From an uncultured Chthonomonadaceae bacterium (GTDB taxonomy: Bacteria > Armatimonadota > Chthonomonadetes > Chthonomonadales > Chthonomonadaceae), in NCBI GenBank assembly GCA_963835065.1, contig CAWIEK010000007.1:1-62132 (forward strand): a stretch of 62,132 bases of DNA, in the 5' to 3' direction. The notes under the pieces were generated by a model. That model had not been told where the DNA came from. It saw nothing but the letters and a program-made list of their open reading frames with translations, and did not search any database. Below, piece by piece: positions 28,499-39,667 of this stretch; positions within the stretch are counted from its first letter, which is position 1; the number at the start of each line of letters is the position of its first letter. A program made the translations under genes and the position numbers.

Positions 28499-31400
28499 TC
28501 AGCGCGGCGGCACGGCCCAAAACTTCAAGGTGTTGTCGCCGTAGGTCGTGACGATGGTTGCGCCGTCCGAAGCCCAGGCCATGCGCTCGATAGGCTTGCC
28601 GTGATCTACGGCTACTGCGCCCACCTGCCGCCATGTTTGGGTATCCCACAGCAGCACGGCGGAATTATGCCCTTGTCCTTCCGCCCCTTTGTCGCTATCC
28701 ACAACGGCCAGCGTTTTGCCATCGGGTGAAAACGCCAGCGCGAGAACCGGGCCGGTTGTGCCCCAGAGCGTTTGAACTTTCTGACAGGTCTGCATATCCC
28801 ATATTTGGACGCTCGTGGCCGTATCGGGCTGTAATGGCTGCGCGTTGCTGCGGAAGCCGACAGCGCGTTGGCTCATGCGGGTATCCCCTATCGCCAGCAT
28901 CCGACTGTCGGGTGAAAAGGCCAGCGCGATGCCACTTGCGCTGCCATTCACGGCAAAGTCTGTCGGAACCAGAATCGCCTGCCGCTTCCAGGTGGCCGTG
29001 TCCCACAGGCCAATGTCATCGGACGAGCGGACAGCCAGAATTTTACCGTCCGGCGAAAACACGATTTGCTCGTTCCCGGCGGTTTCCAGTTTCGTCAGCA
29101 GTTTGCCCGTTGCCACATTCCAGATGGCGACGTCATTGGTTCGTCCCGGATGCCGTGTATGGGTTGCCAGCAGGCTGCCGTCCGGCGACAGCGCCAGGCT
29201 GCCTTCGCCCCGCCATTCGGCTCCTTCCGGCGATACCTCCCTGCCCGAAAACGTGTCCCACACATGAAGGATTTCATTGTTAGACCCGGATGCCAGCCGC
29301 TTGCCGTCCTGGGAAAAAGCCAATGCCTGCGTCCAACCTGCCGGAACCGTCAGGCGGCGCAGAGGCGCGGCGGTGTTCGCATCCCAGATTGTCACCATCC
29401 CGAAATTGTCCGCCGTTGCCAGCAGGGGCGTAGCAGGAGATACAGCGAAGGCGATAAGGGCGTGATTCGCTTCCTCCGAAGCGTTCACAGTATGGCGGGG
29501 GAGCGAGGACAGGGCGCGAAACGGACTGTTGTTCGGTTCCCGCAGGGTAAACGCCGCGTCCATCACCAACAGATTGGGATCAAGCGTTTTGCCGTCCGGC
29601 GCGAACAACTGAAATTCTCCCACCATGCGCCGGACTTGCCCGTTCGCATCCACATAAGAGCGCAGCCGAACGCGCGGCAAATGGGGAACGCCATGCCCGA
29701 ACACGAGTTCCTCCGGCGCATCCGGGTTCAGCGCTTCGACAATCCGATATGTTATTCCCTCAATATTTTCGGATGGCAAGGTTTGCGGTTCTCGCTTTAC
29801 ATCCGGTTTTACATTCTGTTTCAAACCCGGCGCGTTTGCCTTCGCGTTTGCCTTGAAACCTTGATTGAAACCCTGTTTAGTCACATCTTGCGCGGGTTTG
29901 CTTTTCGGTACGGGGGCGGCGAAGGGATTGAAGTACGAGCGCAAGTCCGCGCAAAGGCCGCTTGGAAACCGATAATCCAGAGCGTTCGTGGAACCTGCCT
30001 GAAACGTCATGGTAAAGGGACCGGCGTTATCAAGCGCATTTTCACGCCGAATGATCGTGCCGCGCAGTTTGTACGCGCTTCCCTTGTATTTGCAGGTAAT
30101 GTCCACGTCGGCAATGTTCGCGTGTTGGGCGCTTGTGGGAGTTGTCGCTGTCGGCATGCGCGGCGGCAGATTTTGGGGCGGCGCGTTCCACACCCGTATG
30201 CCCCTGCTAAAATCACAATATGCGAACGAGCGGCCATCCGGGGCAATGCGCAGGGAACTGATGCCGTCCAGGAATGTGGCTTCCGGCAAGCGCCCGGAGT
30301 ACATTACTTGCCATGTGCCCGTGTCCCAGGCCGTCATTCCCGGCTGCCCAATATAATCGTCACCTCCCCAGCCTGTATTGCAGGCAATCAGAGTTTTGCC
30401 ATACTTGGCAAACTGAACGGTATAGATATCACCCTGAAATTCGGGCAGGTCGCGCAGTTTTGCCCCGGTTTGGGCATCGAACAGGCCCAATGCTCCATTT
30501 TCCCTGCTCAGAACCAGCCATTTGCCATCCGGCGACATGGCCTGCGCCCACTGCCAGCCGCCGCGAAATTCCTGATGCGCCACCACTCTTGCATCGGCAA
30601 CATTCCATTCGGTCAGCGCCACGCTTTTAGTCTTGGGAGTTTCGTTTCGCGCTGCCGTAAACAGGCGCGCGCCATCCGGGGCAAAACCCGCCCAGTGAAC
30701 TCCTTCCTGTTCGATAACGGACAAGCGCTTCCCGCTCACGACATCCCAAACCGTTACTTTGTGTTCGTAATCTACGCCCGCCAATCGGCTGCCGTCCGGT
30801 GAAAAGACGGCATGTACCCGGTCTCCATTGCCCGCAAGTTCAAGCGTTTTGCGCCCTGTCGCGGCATCGTACAGCACAAGGGTTCCATTAGACGCGACAA
30901 CCGCCACGCGCTTGCCGTCCGGCGCAAAGGCAACCGATTGTGGCGGAAACCATTCCTTCAAGCGTGACCAATACCTGTCCCTGCCTGCCATCCACGATTT
31001 GCGCTGAATTATCCATAAACACGACCAGCAGGCGCGACCCGTCGGGCGAAGGCGCAAAGTGGAAGGGAAAACGTTTGTTGCTGCGGTCAGGGTTGAGAAA
31101 CTTGAACCGATAATCGGGCGGCGGCAGGGGCAATCGGGGCGCGAACGCGCGTGGCTTACGGTAACTCGTGACAACGATTTCTATCTTGTCTGCGTCGCGT
31201 GGCTGGCTGAAAGCGCGGTGTATCAGGCCGTCGCTGCCGATCAGCAGGCGAAACGCAAAGCGCGGCTGACGCAGTTCCACGACTTCGTAGGTTTCGCCCG
31301 CAACAGTTTGCCGGCCCAGATAGCGCGTGGTGGCCGGAACCTGCGTAATGGGATCGAACAAATCAAACGCTTCCGGCGGCAAGCGCCCGTTGCCGCCCTT

Positions 31401-31628
31401 GCCATTGCCGCCGAACCCGATAGATTGCTGATACTTCCCGGTTTCGCTGCTCGCCTTCGAGCGGAAAGTCACATCGTACTCGCCAATCAGCGGCTCCAGC
31501 GCCTGAACCGTCGCCTTCACCTGCCGCAGCAGTTCGTCGCCCTTTTCATCGGCGCAGGCTGGCATACTGCCAACTCCCATCTTAACAGCAGTCAGAGCAA
31601 CAAGAGCCAGTCCAGATAAGCGGCGCAT
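28499..31628 (-). CDS. Large secreted WD40-repeat protein; frameshift near 30950
   Basis: Signal peptide; many FSPDG..LA/WD repeats in two blocks; ORFs 30888-31646 and 28499-31174 join across one shift. Confidence 0.8.
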
Positions 31629-31705
31629 ATTTGCTTTTCCTTCCATCGGTTTTGCAGTTCAGGATGATGAGGCAAGTAAAGCTTCCGCTTCTCTGCGTAT
31701 CTGCT

Positions 31706-33036
31706 GTGACAATTCCCCATGCGTAAACGCCGGGGCTTCTAGCCGGGTATACCCGACATGGTATGTTGTCCCATACCAATTTTAAGAATGTTTAGGGCGG
31801 CATTGGTGTCCCGGTCAAGCCTCAACCCACAAGTAGGGCAGAAGTGAACACGTTCTTTGAGTGTTTTCTTCACTCTCTGCCCACACCCGCAACAGTCTTG
31901 TGAAGTATAAGCCGGGTTGACTTCCACAAACTTACGTCCGGCACTTTCAGCCTTGTACATAAGCGCGTTGCGGAACAGGGACCATGCCGCGTCAGCAATG
32001 CTTTTGTTCAGTCCTGCTTTCTGACTTGCGCCGTTAGGCAGGAACTCTTGTGTCTGTTCGTCCTGTTTGGGCTTAGGACGCTTACTCATGTTGGCTACTT
32101 GCAGTTTTTCAACGACAATGAAGCCACAGCGATTAACGATCTTGCGGCTCTCTTGATGAATGAAGTTATGGCGGCGGTTGCGTATGCGTTCGTGGAGACG
32201 CCGTACAACTTTTCTTGCCTTACGTTGTTCAGGAGAACCCTTCTTATGCTTCTCTATTTTGCGTTGGGCTTTCGCCAGAGCCTTTTCTTCCGTTCGGTAG
32301 AAACGCGGGTTTGCTAGGAACTCGCCCGTGGATAGCGCGGCAAACGCATTGAGACCAACATCTATACCGATGTTCTCAGAGGAAGCAGGCAAAGGGTCGT
32401 CTTCACATTCAACGGAAAAACACACGTACCACTTGTCATTCTGCCGCCGAACCGTACAGGTTTTCACCTTGCCTATAACCCGACGATGCACGATAGCCTT
32501 CACGGTCCCGATTTTGGAAAGATAGACAGAGTGTTCCTGTACCTTAAAGCCTGCTTGTGGATAGGTGAAACTATCGTAACCTTCTCCCTTATAGCGCGGG
32601 AAGCCGGGAGTGTCTCCCTTTTTAACGCGGGAGAAAAAAGCATCAAAGGCTAATTCGACACGAACCGCAACATTCTGCAAGACCTGACTGAACACGCCCC
32701 CAACTTCCGGGAACTGTTTGCTCCATGCCGGAAAATGCTTTTGTTGCGTAATGCGGGAAGGGGACTTGCCATAGACTTCATAATCATGCTTACGCTCGTT
32801 GAGCAAACTGTTGTAAAGTTGACGGCACGTATCCAGAGTACGCCCTAGAAGCGTCTCCTGCGCAGGTGTAGGCAGTATTCGGTATTTTAGTGTTTTCCTG
32901 CTCACGTATACTTTACACCCTGTTTTACCCAATTCCGTAACATGGGAACCTGCTTCGCAAGATGGTAACCTGCGAAGCAGGTTTGGATTTTGTATCCCCT
33001 ATAGATAAATCTAGGGGCATTAAAATCAATTACTTG
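31706..33036 (-). mobile_element. IS200/IS605 family tnpB-only element (IS1341-type)
   Basis: TTAC|CAAG left end with AATG-CCCCTAG...ATAGGGG hairpin; right end GAAG-CCCC..GGGG..TCAC; no target duplication; no tnpA. Confidence 0.88.
31739..32905 (-). CDS. tnpB: RNA-guided endonuclease TnpB
   Basis: KYRI.P, GIDVG, VVEKL, C..C/C..C zinc finger, DRDTNAA; RuvC D-E-D intact; GTG start inferred. Confidence 0.93.
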   Translation of the reverse strand: MSRKTLKYRILPTPAQETLLGRTLDTCRQLYNSLLNERKHDYEVYGKSPSRITQQKHFPAWSKQFPEVGGVFSQVLQNVAVRVELAFDAFFSRVKKGDTPGFPRYKGEGYDSFTYPQAGFKVQEHSVYLSKIGTVKAIVHRRVIGKVKTCTVRRQNDKWYVCFSVECEDDPLPASSENIGIDVGLNAFAALSTGEFLANPRFYRTEEKALAKAQRKIEKHKKGSPEQRKARKVVRRLHERIRNRRHNFIHQESRKIVNRCGFIVVEKLQVANMSKRPKPKQDEQTQEFLPNGASQKAGLNKSIADAAWSLFRNALMYKAESAGRKFVEVNPAYTSQDCCGCGQRVKKTLKERVHFCPTCGLRLDRDTNAALNILKIGMGQHTMSGIPG

Positions 33037-33296
33037 GTAACTCCGTCGCCAATTCGTTATATTTTTCCTGCCACGCTTGCGCAGAGGGATCAGCCCTATC
33101 TATTTCCGCAATGGTGTTCCTCACCACTTGCAGACGCGCTTGTTCTTCTGCCGACAACGGCTTCAGCCGCTTCCTGCGCGTCAAGAAGCGGTACTCGGTA
33201 AGTAAAGGTTCAGGTATTTTGCCGCTACTGACTGGAACCATACAGCAACCATCCATAAATAAACACAGGAAAAAAGCAATATACCGCAAAAAGAAC

Positions 33297-33325
33297 GAAA
33301 CCTTTGCTCAACTCAGCCTGTCTAA
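33297..33325 (+). promoter_or_regulatory. Putative ECF-sigma promoter GAAACC-N16-TGTCTAA
   Basis: Counterpart of 11075-11103. Confidence 0.5.
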
Positions 33326-33366
33326 ATATGTACAAACGTCTACTATACAAATGTCATAACCTACAG

Positions 33367-33512
33367 GAAGGGAGGTGCCAGTCCTATGTTTCACCCCTCC
33401 CGTTCGCCCTGACGCTGCTGAGGCCACGACGCCTCACTCCTACAACTTGACACAACGAGACATCGGGCTGGAAGCGCTGTATTGCCAAGATTTCGACGAT
33501 GACTCTACATAT
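33367..33512 (+). ncRNA. Putative small RNA / micropeptide locus, copy 2
   Basis: GAAGGGAGGTG, mini-ORF MFHPSRSP* (33386-33412) and a 52-nt core (33447-33498) identical to copy 1. Confidence 0.5.
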
Positions 33513-33607
33513 CCCTTTTTTGCCTGCCCGTTTCCCAACGCCTCTACCACTCCCGTTGGCACAAGGCGGGCTTCCCACTGGTTCGGGAAGGGTTAGATTT
33601 ACGGATA

Positions 33608-34645
33608 CTAAAGGTGCATGGCTTTGCGGACGAGGGACATGGTTTCCGCTGCGGCTTGGCGGGCGCGGTTGGCTCCGTCTTCTAAAATGCGGTCGAGTTC
33701 GGCGGGGTCGGAAAGCAGTTCCGTTCGGCGCAGGCGCATGGGTTCGAGCGCGGCGTTGAGGATTTCGGTCAGTTCCTTTTTGTTCTGCATGCAGCCCCGC
33801 GTTCCGGCCCGGTCTTCTTCCCACGAAGGCGAGTAGTTTTCCGGATCATAAATGCGGCGCAGTTGGCAGACAACGCAGTTTTCGGGAACGCCGGGGTCGG
33901 ATTTGCGGATTTTGGTGGGCGTGGTGAAGCAGTTCTTGATTTTGTCGGCAACCACGTCGGGCGAATCGGCGATGTAAATGGCGTTGCCGTAGGATTTGCT
34001 CATTTTGCGCCCGTCCATGCCGGGAACCACGCCCGTCGTCTCGTTAATCAACGATTGCGGTTCCGGGAAAACCGGCGCGTACAGGTGGTTGAAGCGGCGT
34101 CCGATTTCGCGGCTGATTTCCAGATGCGCGGCCTGATCCTTGCCGACGGGAACCGCATGGGCGCGATACACCAGAATATCCGCCGCCTGCAAACACGGGT
34201 AGCCGAGCAGCCCATAAGAAATGCTTTCGTCGCCCCCTCCACCCGTGCGCTCCATCATCAGGTCGCGCTTTTCCTTGAAGGTCGGGACGCGCTCAAGCCA
34301 GCCGAGCGGCGTAATCATGGAAAGCAGCAGGTGCAGTTCCGCATGTTCCTTGACATGACTCTGGAGGAAAATGGCGCATTTCTGCGGATCCAGCCCCGCC
34401 GCGATATAATCCGCCGCCACTTCCCGGCAGGCCGGGCCGATCAGTTCGGTTTTGTCGTACAGCGTCGTCAGCGCGTGCCAGTCCACGATGCAGCAAAACA
34501 TTTCGTACTCGTCCTGCAGGCGCACCCAGGCGCGTAACGCGCCTTCCAAATTGCCCAGGTGCAGCGCGCCGCTTCCCGTCGGCTGCATCCCGCTCAACAG
34601 GCGTTTCCGCGTACCGCTTATAGCCGCGTCGGTTGTGCTGTTCAT
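33608..34645 (-). CDS. trpS: Tryptophan--tRNA ligase
   Basis: SGMQPTG, HLGN, YP.LQAADIL, VPVGKDQ, KMSKS. Confidence 0.96.
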   Translation of the reverse strand: MNSTTDAAISGTRKRLLSGMQPTGSGALHLGNLEGALRAWVRLQDEYEMFCCIVDWHALTTLYDKTELIGPACREVAADYIAAGLDPQKCAIFLQSHVKEHAELHLLLSMITPLGWLERVPTFKEKRDLMMERTGGGGDESISYGLLGYPCLQAADILVYRAHAVPVGKDQAAHLEISREIGRRFNHLYAPVFPEPQSLINETTGVVPGMDGRKMSKSYGNAIYIADSPDVVADKIKNCFTTPTKIRKSDPGVPENCVVCQLRRIYDPENYSPSWEEDRAGTRGCMQNKKELTEILNAALEPMRLRRTELLSDPAELDRILEDGANRARQAAAETMSLVRKAMHL

Positions 34646-34819
34646 CGTTGGCGAAGCAATCATCACGTCAAAATCCTTATCGTAATCTTGGGTTGAACTG
34701 TTGGCGGAGGCGCAAAGCCCCAAAACGCATAGTAAATCCAAGACAGCAACGCGCTGCAAGTAGTTGCGCTGCCATGCGCGTTTATTCGCGTTCATTCGCG
34801 GCTGTTCTTAAACGCCTTC

Positions 34820-35554
34820 CTACATCAATGGCTGGCCGAGCAGCAGGGTGCAGGCCGCATTGATAACCGGATTCAGAATTTTCCAGAGCGCCTGCGGGAA
34901 CATTACCGCCAGCGCGAACAGCAGCATCGGCCCGTATTGCCCCACAAAGCGGTCATACGCAATCGCCGCATCCAGCGGCAGCAGGCTGCTGGTAATCTTC
35001 GATCCATCCAGGGGATGCAGGGGCAGCAGGTTGAAAAACATCAGCATCAGGTTCAGGTACAGGCACTGCCACAGGAACAAGCCGACTGTCGTTAAATGGT
35101 TGTAATAGGCCGCTGCGGTCAGGCCGTACATCAGGGACGTGTAATCGGAAAGGTAGCTGCGATCCGTAATCAGCCAGTCCAGGTTGTGCGTGGTCAGGGC
35201 GATGCGCCAGATGATCGCGGCAACCAGGGCGAGCAACAGGTTCATCAGCGGCCCGAACGCGGCCACAATGAACAATCCCCGGCGCGGATGCTTTAAGCCG
35301 AACGGGTTGAACTCCACCGCCCGCCCCCACCCGATGCCGCGCCCCACAATCGAAGTCAATATAATCATCACGGAGCCGAGCGGGTCCAGATGCTTGTCAG
35401 GCCACAGCGTCAGGCGTCCCTGTCGGCGCGGCGTGTCGTCGCCCTGCCAGTCGGCGGCAAAGGCATGCCCGAACTCATGCAACGTGATGCTCCCAAAGAT
35501 GATGAGCAACTGCATAATAACAAACCGGGGATTGGTAAAAATTTCCAGGTTCAT
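34820..35554 (-). CDS. Site-2 protease (M50)
   Basis: HEFGH, GDDTP...GRLTL, FNLLPLHPLDG. Confidence 0.92.
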   Translation of the reverse strand: MNLEIFTNPRFVIMQLLIIFGSITLHEFGHAFAADWQGDDTPRRQGRLTLWPDKHLDPLGSVMIILTSIVGRGIGWGRAVEFNPFGLKHPRRGLFIVAAFGPLMNLLLALVAAIIWRIALTTHNLDWLITDRSYLSDYTSLMYGLTAAAYYNHLTTVGLFLWQCLYLNLMLMFFNLLPLHPLDGSKITSSLLPLDAAIAYDRFVGQYGPMLLFALAVMFPQALWKILNPVINAACTLLLGQPLM

Positions 35555-35625
35555 AGTAGCGCTTTTCGGAAAGGATTTTAGAGATTATTTGCGTTCATTC
35601 GCGTTTATTTGCGGCTAAGTTTTCC

Positions 35626-36963
35626 TTATGACGCTTGCGGCTGGCACAGGCGGTCGGGGATGCGCTCACCGCGTATCAGGTCTTCCAGGCTTTGCCGTTC
35701 CACGATGATGTCGGCCTGCCCATCGGCCACAAGCACGACAGCCGGACGCCGGAAGCGGTTGTAATTGCTTGCCATGACGAAGTTGTACGCGCCCGTTGTC
35801 TGCACGGCCAATAAATCTCCGGGCGTAGGCGCGGCGATGTTGGTGTTCCAGATCATAATGTCGGTTTCGCAGTGCTTGCCCGCAATCGTGACAACGCTAT
35901 CGGCAGATTGATCGGCTTTGTTGGCAAGCATGCACTCGTAAACCGCCTCGTACAACTGCGGGCGCGGATTGTCCGACAGCCCGCCGTCAATGCTGACGTA
36001 TTTGCGGGTTCCCGGCGCTTCCACAATAGGAACGGTTTTAATAGCCCCGATGGTGTACAGCGTGGTTCCCGCTTCGCCGACAAGCGCGCGCCCCGGTTCC
36101 TGCAGCAATTTCGGATAGGGCAAACCGTGCGCGTCTAATGCAGCCTTCAGTGGCGCAACAATCTTGTCGGCAAATTCCTCATAGGAGGGGGGCGCGTGGT
36201 GCGACAGATACCGGACGCCAAGCCCGCCGCCGATGTTGAGTTCTTCCACCGTCGCGCCCGTTTCGCGCACAACGGCTTCCATAAGGCGCACCATGATCTC
36301 GGCGGCTTCAGCATGGGTTCCCGCGTCCAGCAATTGCGACCCGATGTGGCAATGGATGCCCTTGAAACGCAAACCCGGCGTGGCAAGAACCTGTTTCACG
36401 GCCTGCAATGCGCGTCCGTCCGTGATGTTGAAGCCGAATTTGGTGTCCGCCTGCCCCGTGCGTATCAGGCGGTGCGTGTGCGGGTCCACACCGGGCGCGG
36501 CGCGAACCAAAACACTGATTTCCGCCCGCATCTCTTTGACGATTTCGCCAAGCAGTTCGATTTCCTGAAAATTATCCACAATCACATGCCCGATGCCATG
36601 CTCAACGGCCAGTTCCAGTTCCTCGCGGGACTTGTTGTTGCCGTGCAGCGACAGGCGATTGGGCGGAAAGCCCGCCTGCAAAGCCGTGTACAGTTCGCCA
36701 AGCGAAGCCACGTCCATGCTCAAGCCTTCCTGCGCAATCAACCGCGCCATTGCCATTGACAAAAAGGCTTTGCTGGCGTAGCAGATTTCATTGGAAGGAT
36801 AACGCGCGGCAAACGCGGCTTTATAATTGCGGCAATTGGCGCGAATAGCCGCCTCGTCCATCACATACAGCGGCGTTCCAAACCGCGCCGCCAATTCGGT
36901 TGTATCACAGCCGCCGATTTCCAGATGGCCGTATCGGTTGATTTGTTGGGTTCCTAGAAGCAT
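35626..36963 (-). CDS. lysA: Diaminopimelate decarboxylase
   Basis: GTPLYV.DE, YASKA, HCHIGSQ, EPGR, HCETD, GAY...MASNYN. Confidence 0.96.
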   Translation of the reverse strand: MLLGTQQINRYGHLEIGGCDTTELAARFGTPLYVMDEAAIRANCRNYKAAFAARYPSNEICYASKAFLSMAMARLIAQEGLSMDVASLGELYTALQAGFPPNRLSLHGNNKSREELELAVEHGIGHVIVDNFQEIELLGEIVKEMRAEISVLVRAAPGVDPHTHRLIRTGQADTKFGFNITDGRALQAVKQVLATPGLRFKGIHCHIGSQLLDAGTHAEAAEIMVRLMEAVVRETGATVEELNIGGGLGVRYLSHHAPPSYEEFADKIVAPLKAALDAHGLPYPKLLQEPGRALVGEAGTTLYTIGAIKTVPIVEAPGTRKYVSIDGGLSDNPRPQLYEAVYECMLANKADQSADSVVTIAGKHCETDIMIWNTNIAAPTPGDLLAVQTTGAYNFVMASNYNRFRRPAVVLVADGQADIIVERQSLEDLIRGERIPDRLCQPQAS

Positions 36964-36977
36964 GAAAGACTCCAGAG

Positions 36978-37097
36978 GTAGTCAGAAGTGAGTAGTCAGT
37001 AGTCAGTAGAACTCACTCTTATAAGTTGGTTCTATTGCACAAAGATTCGAGTAGAGAGGCATTTCTACTGACTACTGACTACTCACTTCTGACTACT
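36978..37097. repeat. Inverted pair of (AGTAGTC)n / (GACTACT)n heptamer arrays
   Basis: Seen directly; overlaps the HAD gene stop codon. Confidence 0.85.
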
Positions 37098-37970
37098 TCC
37101 TAAAACTATCTGTTCAATCGCATACGCAACGCCGTCTTCGGCCTGCGAAGAAGTAATCCAGTCGGCGACGGCTTTTACTTCGGGCAAGGCGTTTTGCATG
37201 GCGACACCGACGCCTGCCCATTGAATCATTTCGATGTCGTTGATATGGTCGCCGATTGCCATTGTTTCTTCGCGAGATACGTTCAGATGCGCGGCTAAGG
37301 CTTCCAGACCGCGCTGCTTGCTGACGCCGCCCACGAAAATCTCAATGCCCCAGTGCGTGGCCGAGCCGGATTGAATCACGGCCAAACCTTCGGGCAGTTG
37401 ATGCAGCAGTTTGTCCACAAGCGGGCGCATTTTGGACGGCGAGCCGAACGCGCCGATGGAAACGGGTTCAAACGGCAATGTGTTGGTTATGTCAGCAAAG
37501 GGACGATAGCGGGCGGCAACGGCAAACGCGCTCACAGGCAGGTCGGGATGGTAAAAGACGCGCGCCCCGTCCATATCCCCACTGGTCGCGTCTTCATACA
37601 CATACGGTTCCGAACCAACGGCAATGATGGCGCGAATGATTTGCAGCGCAACCGGAATCGGCAGCAGATGCCGATGCAGCACTTCGTTGCGGCCCAGGTG
37701 CATGGCAACGCCCCCATTGGACGTGACGACATACCCTAACGGCGGGCCAAGCTGTTCGGCAACGGGTTGCGCGGTATGCCGCGTCCGCCCGGTGCATAAT
37801 ACCACTTCCACGCCCTTTGCCCGCGCTTTGTCAATGGCGGCGCGGTTGCCGGGCGAAACCGTGTCGTTCGCGCCGACAAGCGTACCGTCAATGTCAATAA
37901 ACAGCGCGCGTATCGGCCTGTGCGCGAGAACCGGCGGCGGGGTCGGAGTCGTCTTAGAAAATGTCGTCAT
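37083..37970 (-). CDS. Cof-type HAD-IIB hydrolase
   Basis: DIDGTL, CTGR, SK, GDHINDIEM. Confidence 0.92.
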   Translation of the reverse strand: MTTFSKTTPTPPPVLAHRPIRALFIDIDGTLVGANDTVSPGNRAAIDKARAKGVEVVLCTGRTRHTAQPVAEQLGPPLGYVVTSNGGVAMHLGRNEVLHRHLLPIPVALQIIRAIIAVGSEPYVYEDATSGDMDGARVFYHPDLPVSAFAVAARYRPFADITNTLPFEPVSIGAFGSPSKMRPLVDKLLHQLPEGLAVIQSGSATHWGIEIFVGGVSKQRGLEALAAHLNVSREETMAIGDHINDIEMIQWAGVGVAMQNALPEVKAVADWITSSQAEDGVAYAIEQIVLGSSQK

Positions 37971-38099
37971 GGTAGTCTTAGTATACCTGACGAGTCCGCT
38001 TTGGCGTCAAATGTTGCGGAACTCCCCGCCTGCTGTGAGTGGTTTGCATACAGAAACAACAAAGCCAAGTATAAATTAGGTATCCGAGGGCGCAAGGAA

Positions 38100-38128
38100 T
38101 TGACACTGCCGCCGCGCCGTGTTACAAT
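38100..38128 (+). promoter_or_regulatory. Sigma70-type promoter
   Basis: TTGACA-N17-TACAAT. Confidence 0.7.
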
Positions 38129-38196
38129 GCGTCATCTTACTATTTCAATCAAAGCTTGAGAAAATTAAATCCGGCGCATTGGAGAAGATTTGTGGC

Positions 38197-39490
38197 ATGA
38201 ATCTCCGAACATTGCTTTTACATCGGCGGCAGTTGGCGCGGCTTGTCGGGGCAGGGCTGCTCCTGCTGTTGTCGGTCAGCGTGGCAAGGGCGCAAACCTA
38301 TGGCACGGATACGACCATCTGGCCGAACGCGCAAAGCAAGGCCAATTCGGACGACTGGATACGCCTGCACCATCAACAGATCAAGCAGATGCAGCCGCGC
38401 TTGCTGGTCCTGAACTTTGTGAACGGGTTGCGCATGGAAGCGGCGACGCGGACGGCGCAGGATTTAATGGCTGCCCTGCGCGAATCGTCGCGTTATCATG
38501 GCTATGCCAAACCCAACGCCCCCGCGTTTCTGGATTACAAACTGTTCAAAACCATTGACCTGACGGATGCGCAGCCTTTGCCGGAAACGGAGCAGTTGGA
38601 CGGCAACAGCAGCCGCTATCCCCGAACGCCCAATTGGAAGGATGGCGACATCAACTTCCAGTACGGGCAGTTGTTCGGGGATACGTTCGCGCGCTATTAC
38701 GGCGTTCCCGATCCCGCTACGCCCGGACGGTTTCTCACCCTCTCGGAACTGGTGAACCGGGGACTGGTGCATGAAGTCTGGTTTCTGGCGAAGCAGGGCA
38801 AGTATGGCGCACCCTTTGAAAGCGTAGAAGTGAAGCAGGCGTATGACGAGAACCTGCGCAAAGCGCCGGGCAAATCGCGTGCAGGCCGGCAACGGCGGCA
38901 GCGATCAGCAGCCCTTTATCGGGCGCAGCCTGCGTATTCTGTTCATCAACGCGGATCGGGGCATCGGCTGCGCGATGGAGTCGCTCGGACACTCGCTTGA
39001 AGGCACATCCAATTCCGGCGTTATTCCCTATTTCACGCGCTATTTTGCGGAGTATGCGGATTTCAACCTGAAGAAGCGCTATGGCCTGCCGTTCGATACG
39101 CTGTACGCCCGCAACGGCGCGGAACTCGGCTACCCGGATGTGGGCACAATGACGGTCACGCAGAATGGCCGGACGCGAACCGTGCGGCCTTATATCGTGA
39201 CGGGCGGCAGCGTCCATTTCATGCCCACCGCGCGCCACGATTACGATCTGGACAACACCGAAACCGCGCTTTCCACGATTGAACACTACCGTTTGTTCGA
39301 TGGGACGGACGGCAAGGACCGGGCAACGGCATGGACAAACGAGCGTTTCGCGCGCTACCGCGCGCTGGCTCCCGACTGTCAGGGTCCCTGGCTGGTGTAT
39401 TGGCGTCAGAACATGCCCGGCCTGGACAATCCCTGCAAGGACGATACAGGCCGTCCGATGCTCAACTGGTGGCCGTTTCTGTTCTATTAG
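38197..39490 (+). CDS. Secreted protein of unknown function, paralog 1; frameshift near 38877
   Basis: Signal peptide; aligns end to end with 39668-40939 once one base is removed. Confidence 0.82.
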
Positions 39491-39584
39491 TGAGAGTGGT
39501 CAGTGGTCAGTGGAGAGAAAGAGCGCATTTACTCTCACTTGCATCGTCTACTCTTATACTAACGGCGTGTGAAAATTTCGTGAT

Positions 39585-39608
39585 GTAGGGGCTTGATTCA
39601 TCAAGCCC
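39585..39608 (+). repeat. GTAG-type REP-like hairpin
   Basis: GTAG followed by GGGCTTGAT-TC-ATCAAGCCC. Confidence 0.55.
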
Positions 39609-39667
39609 GCTTCTGGCGCATGTTGGGTTTTTGACTCTGTTGGTGTGACTACAGAAAGATAATCGCT

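Larger units (their letters stand above)
31659..33241 (-). pseudogene. Small hypothetical gene interrupted by the tnpB element (pieces 33241-33037 and 31705-31659)
   Basis: Empty site reads GAG TTA C|AG CAG ATA CGC..., giving ELATELQQIRREAEALLASSS*. Confidence 0.75.

Noticed and set aside
29066..30802. Long antisense ORFs (also 11439-12509, 39554-40735, 50010-51005, 52152-53147)
   Set aside because: They are shadows of well-supported genes on the opposite strand in GC-rich DNA and carry no motifs
33025..33029. TTGAT as the TAM / left junction of the tnpB element
   Set aside because: The TTAC junction at 33037-33040 restores the disrupted ORF in frame and fits the hairpin guide; TTGAT lies inside the left end
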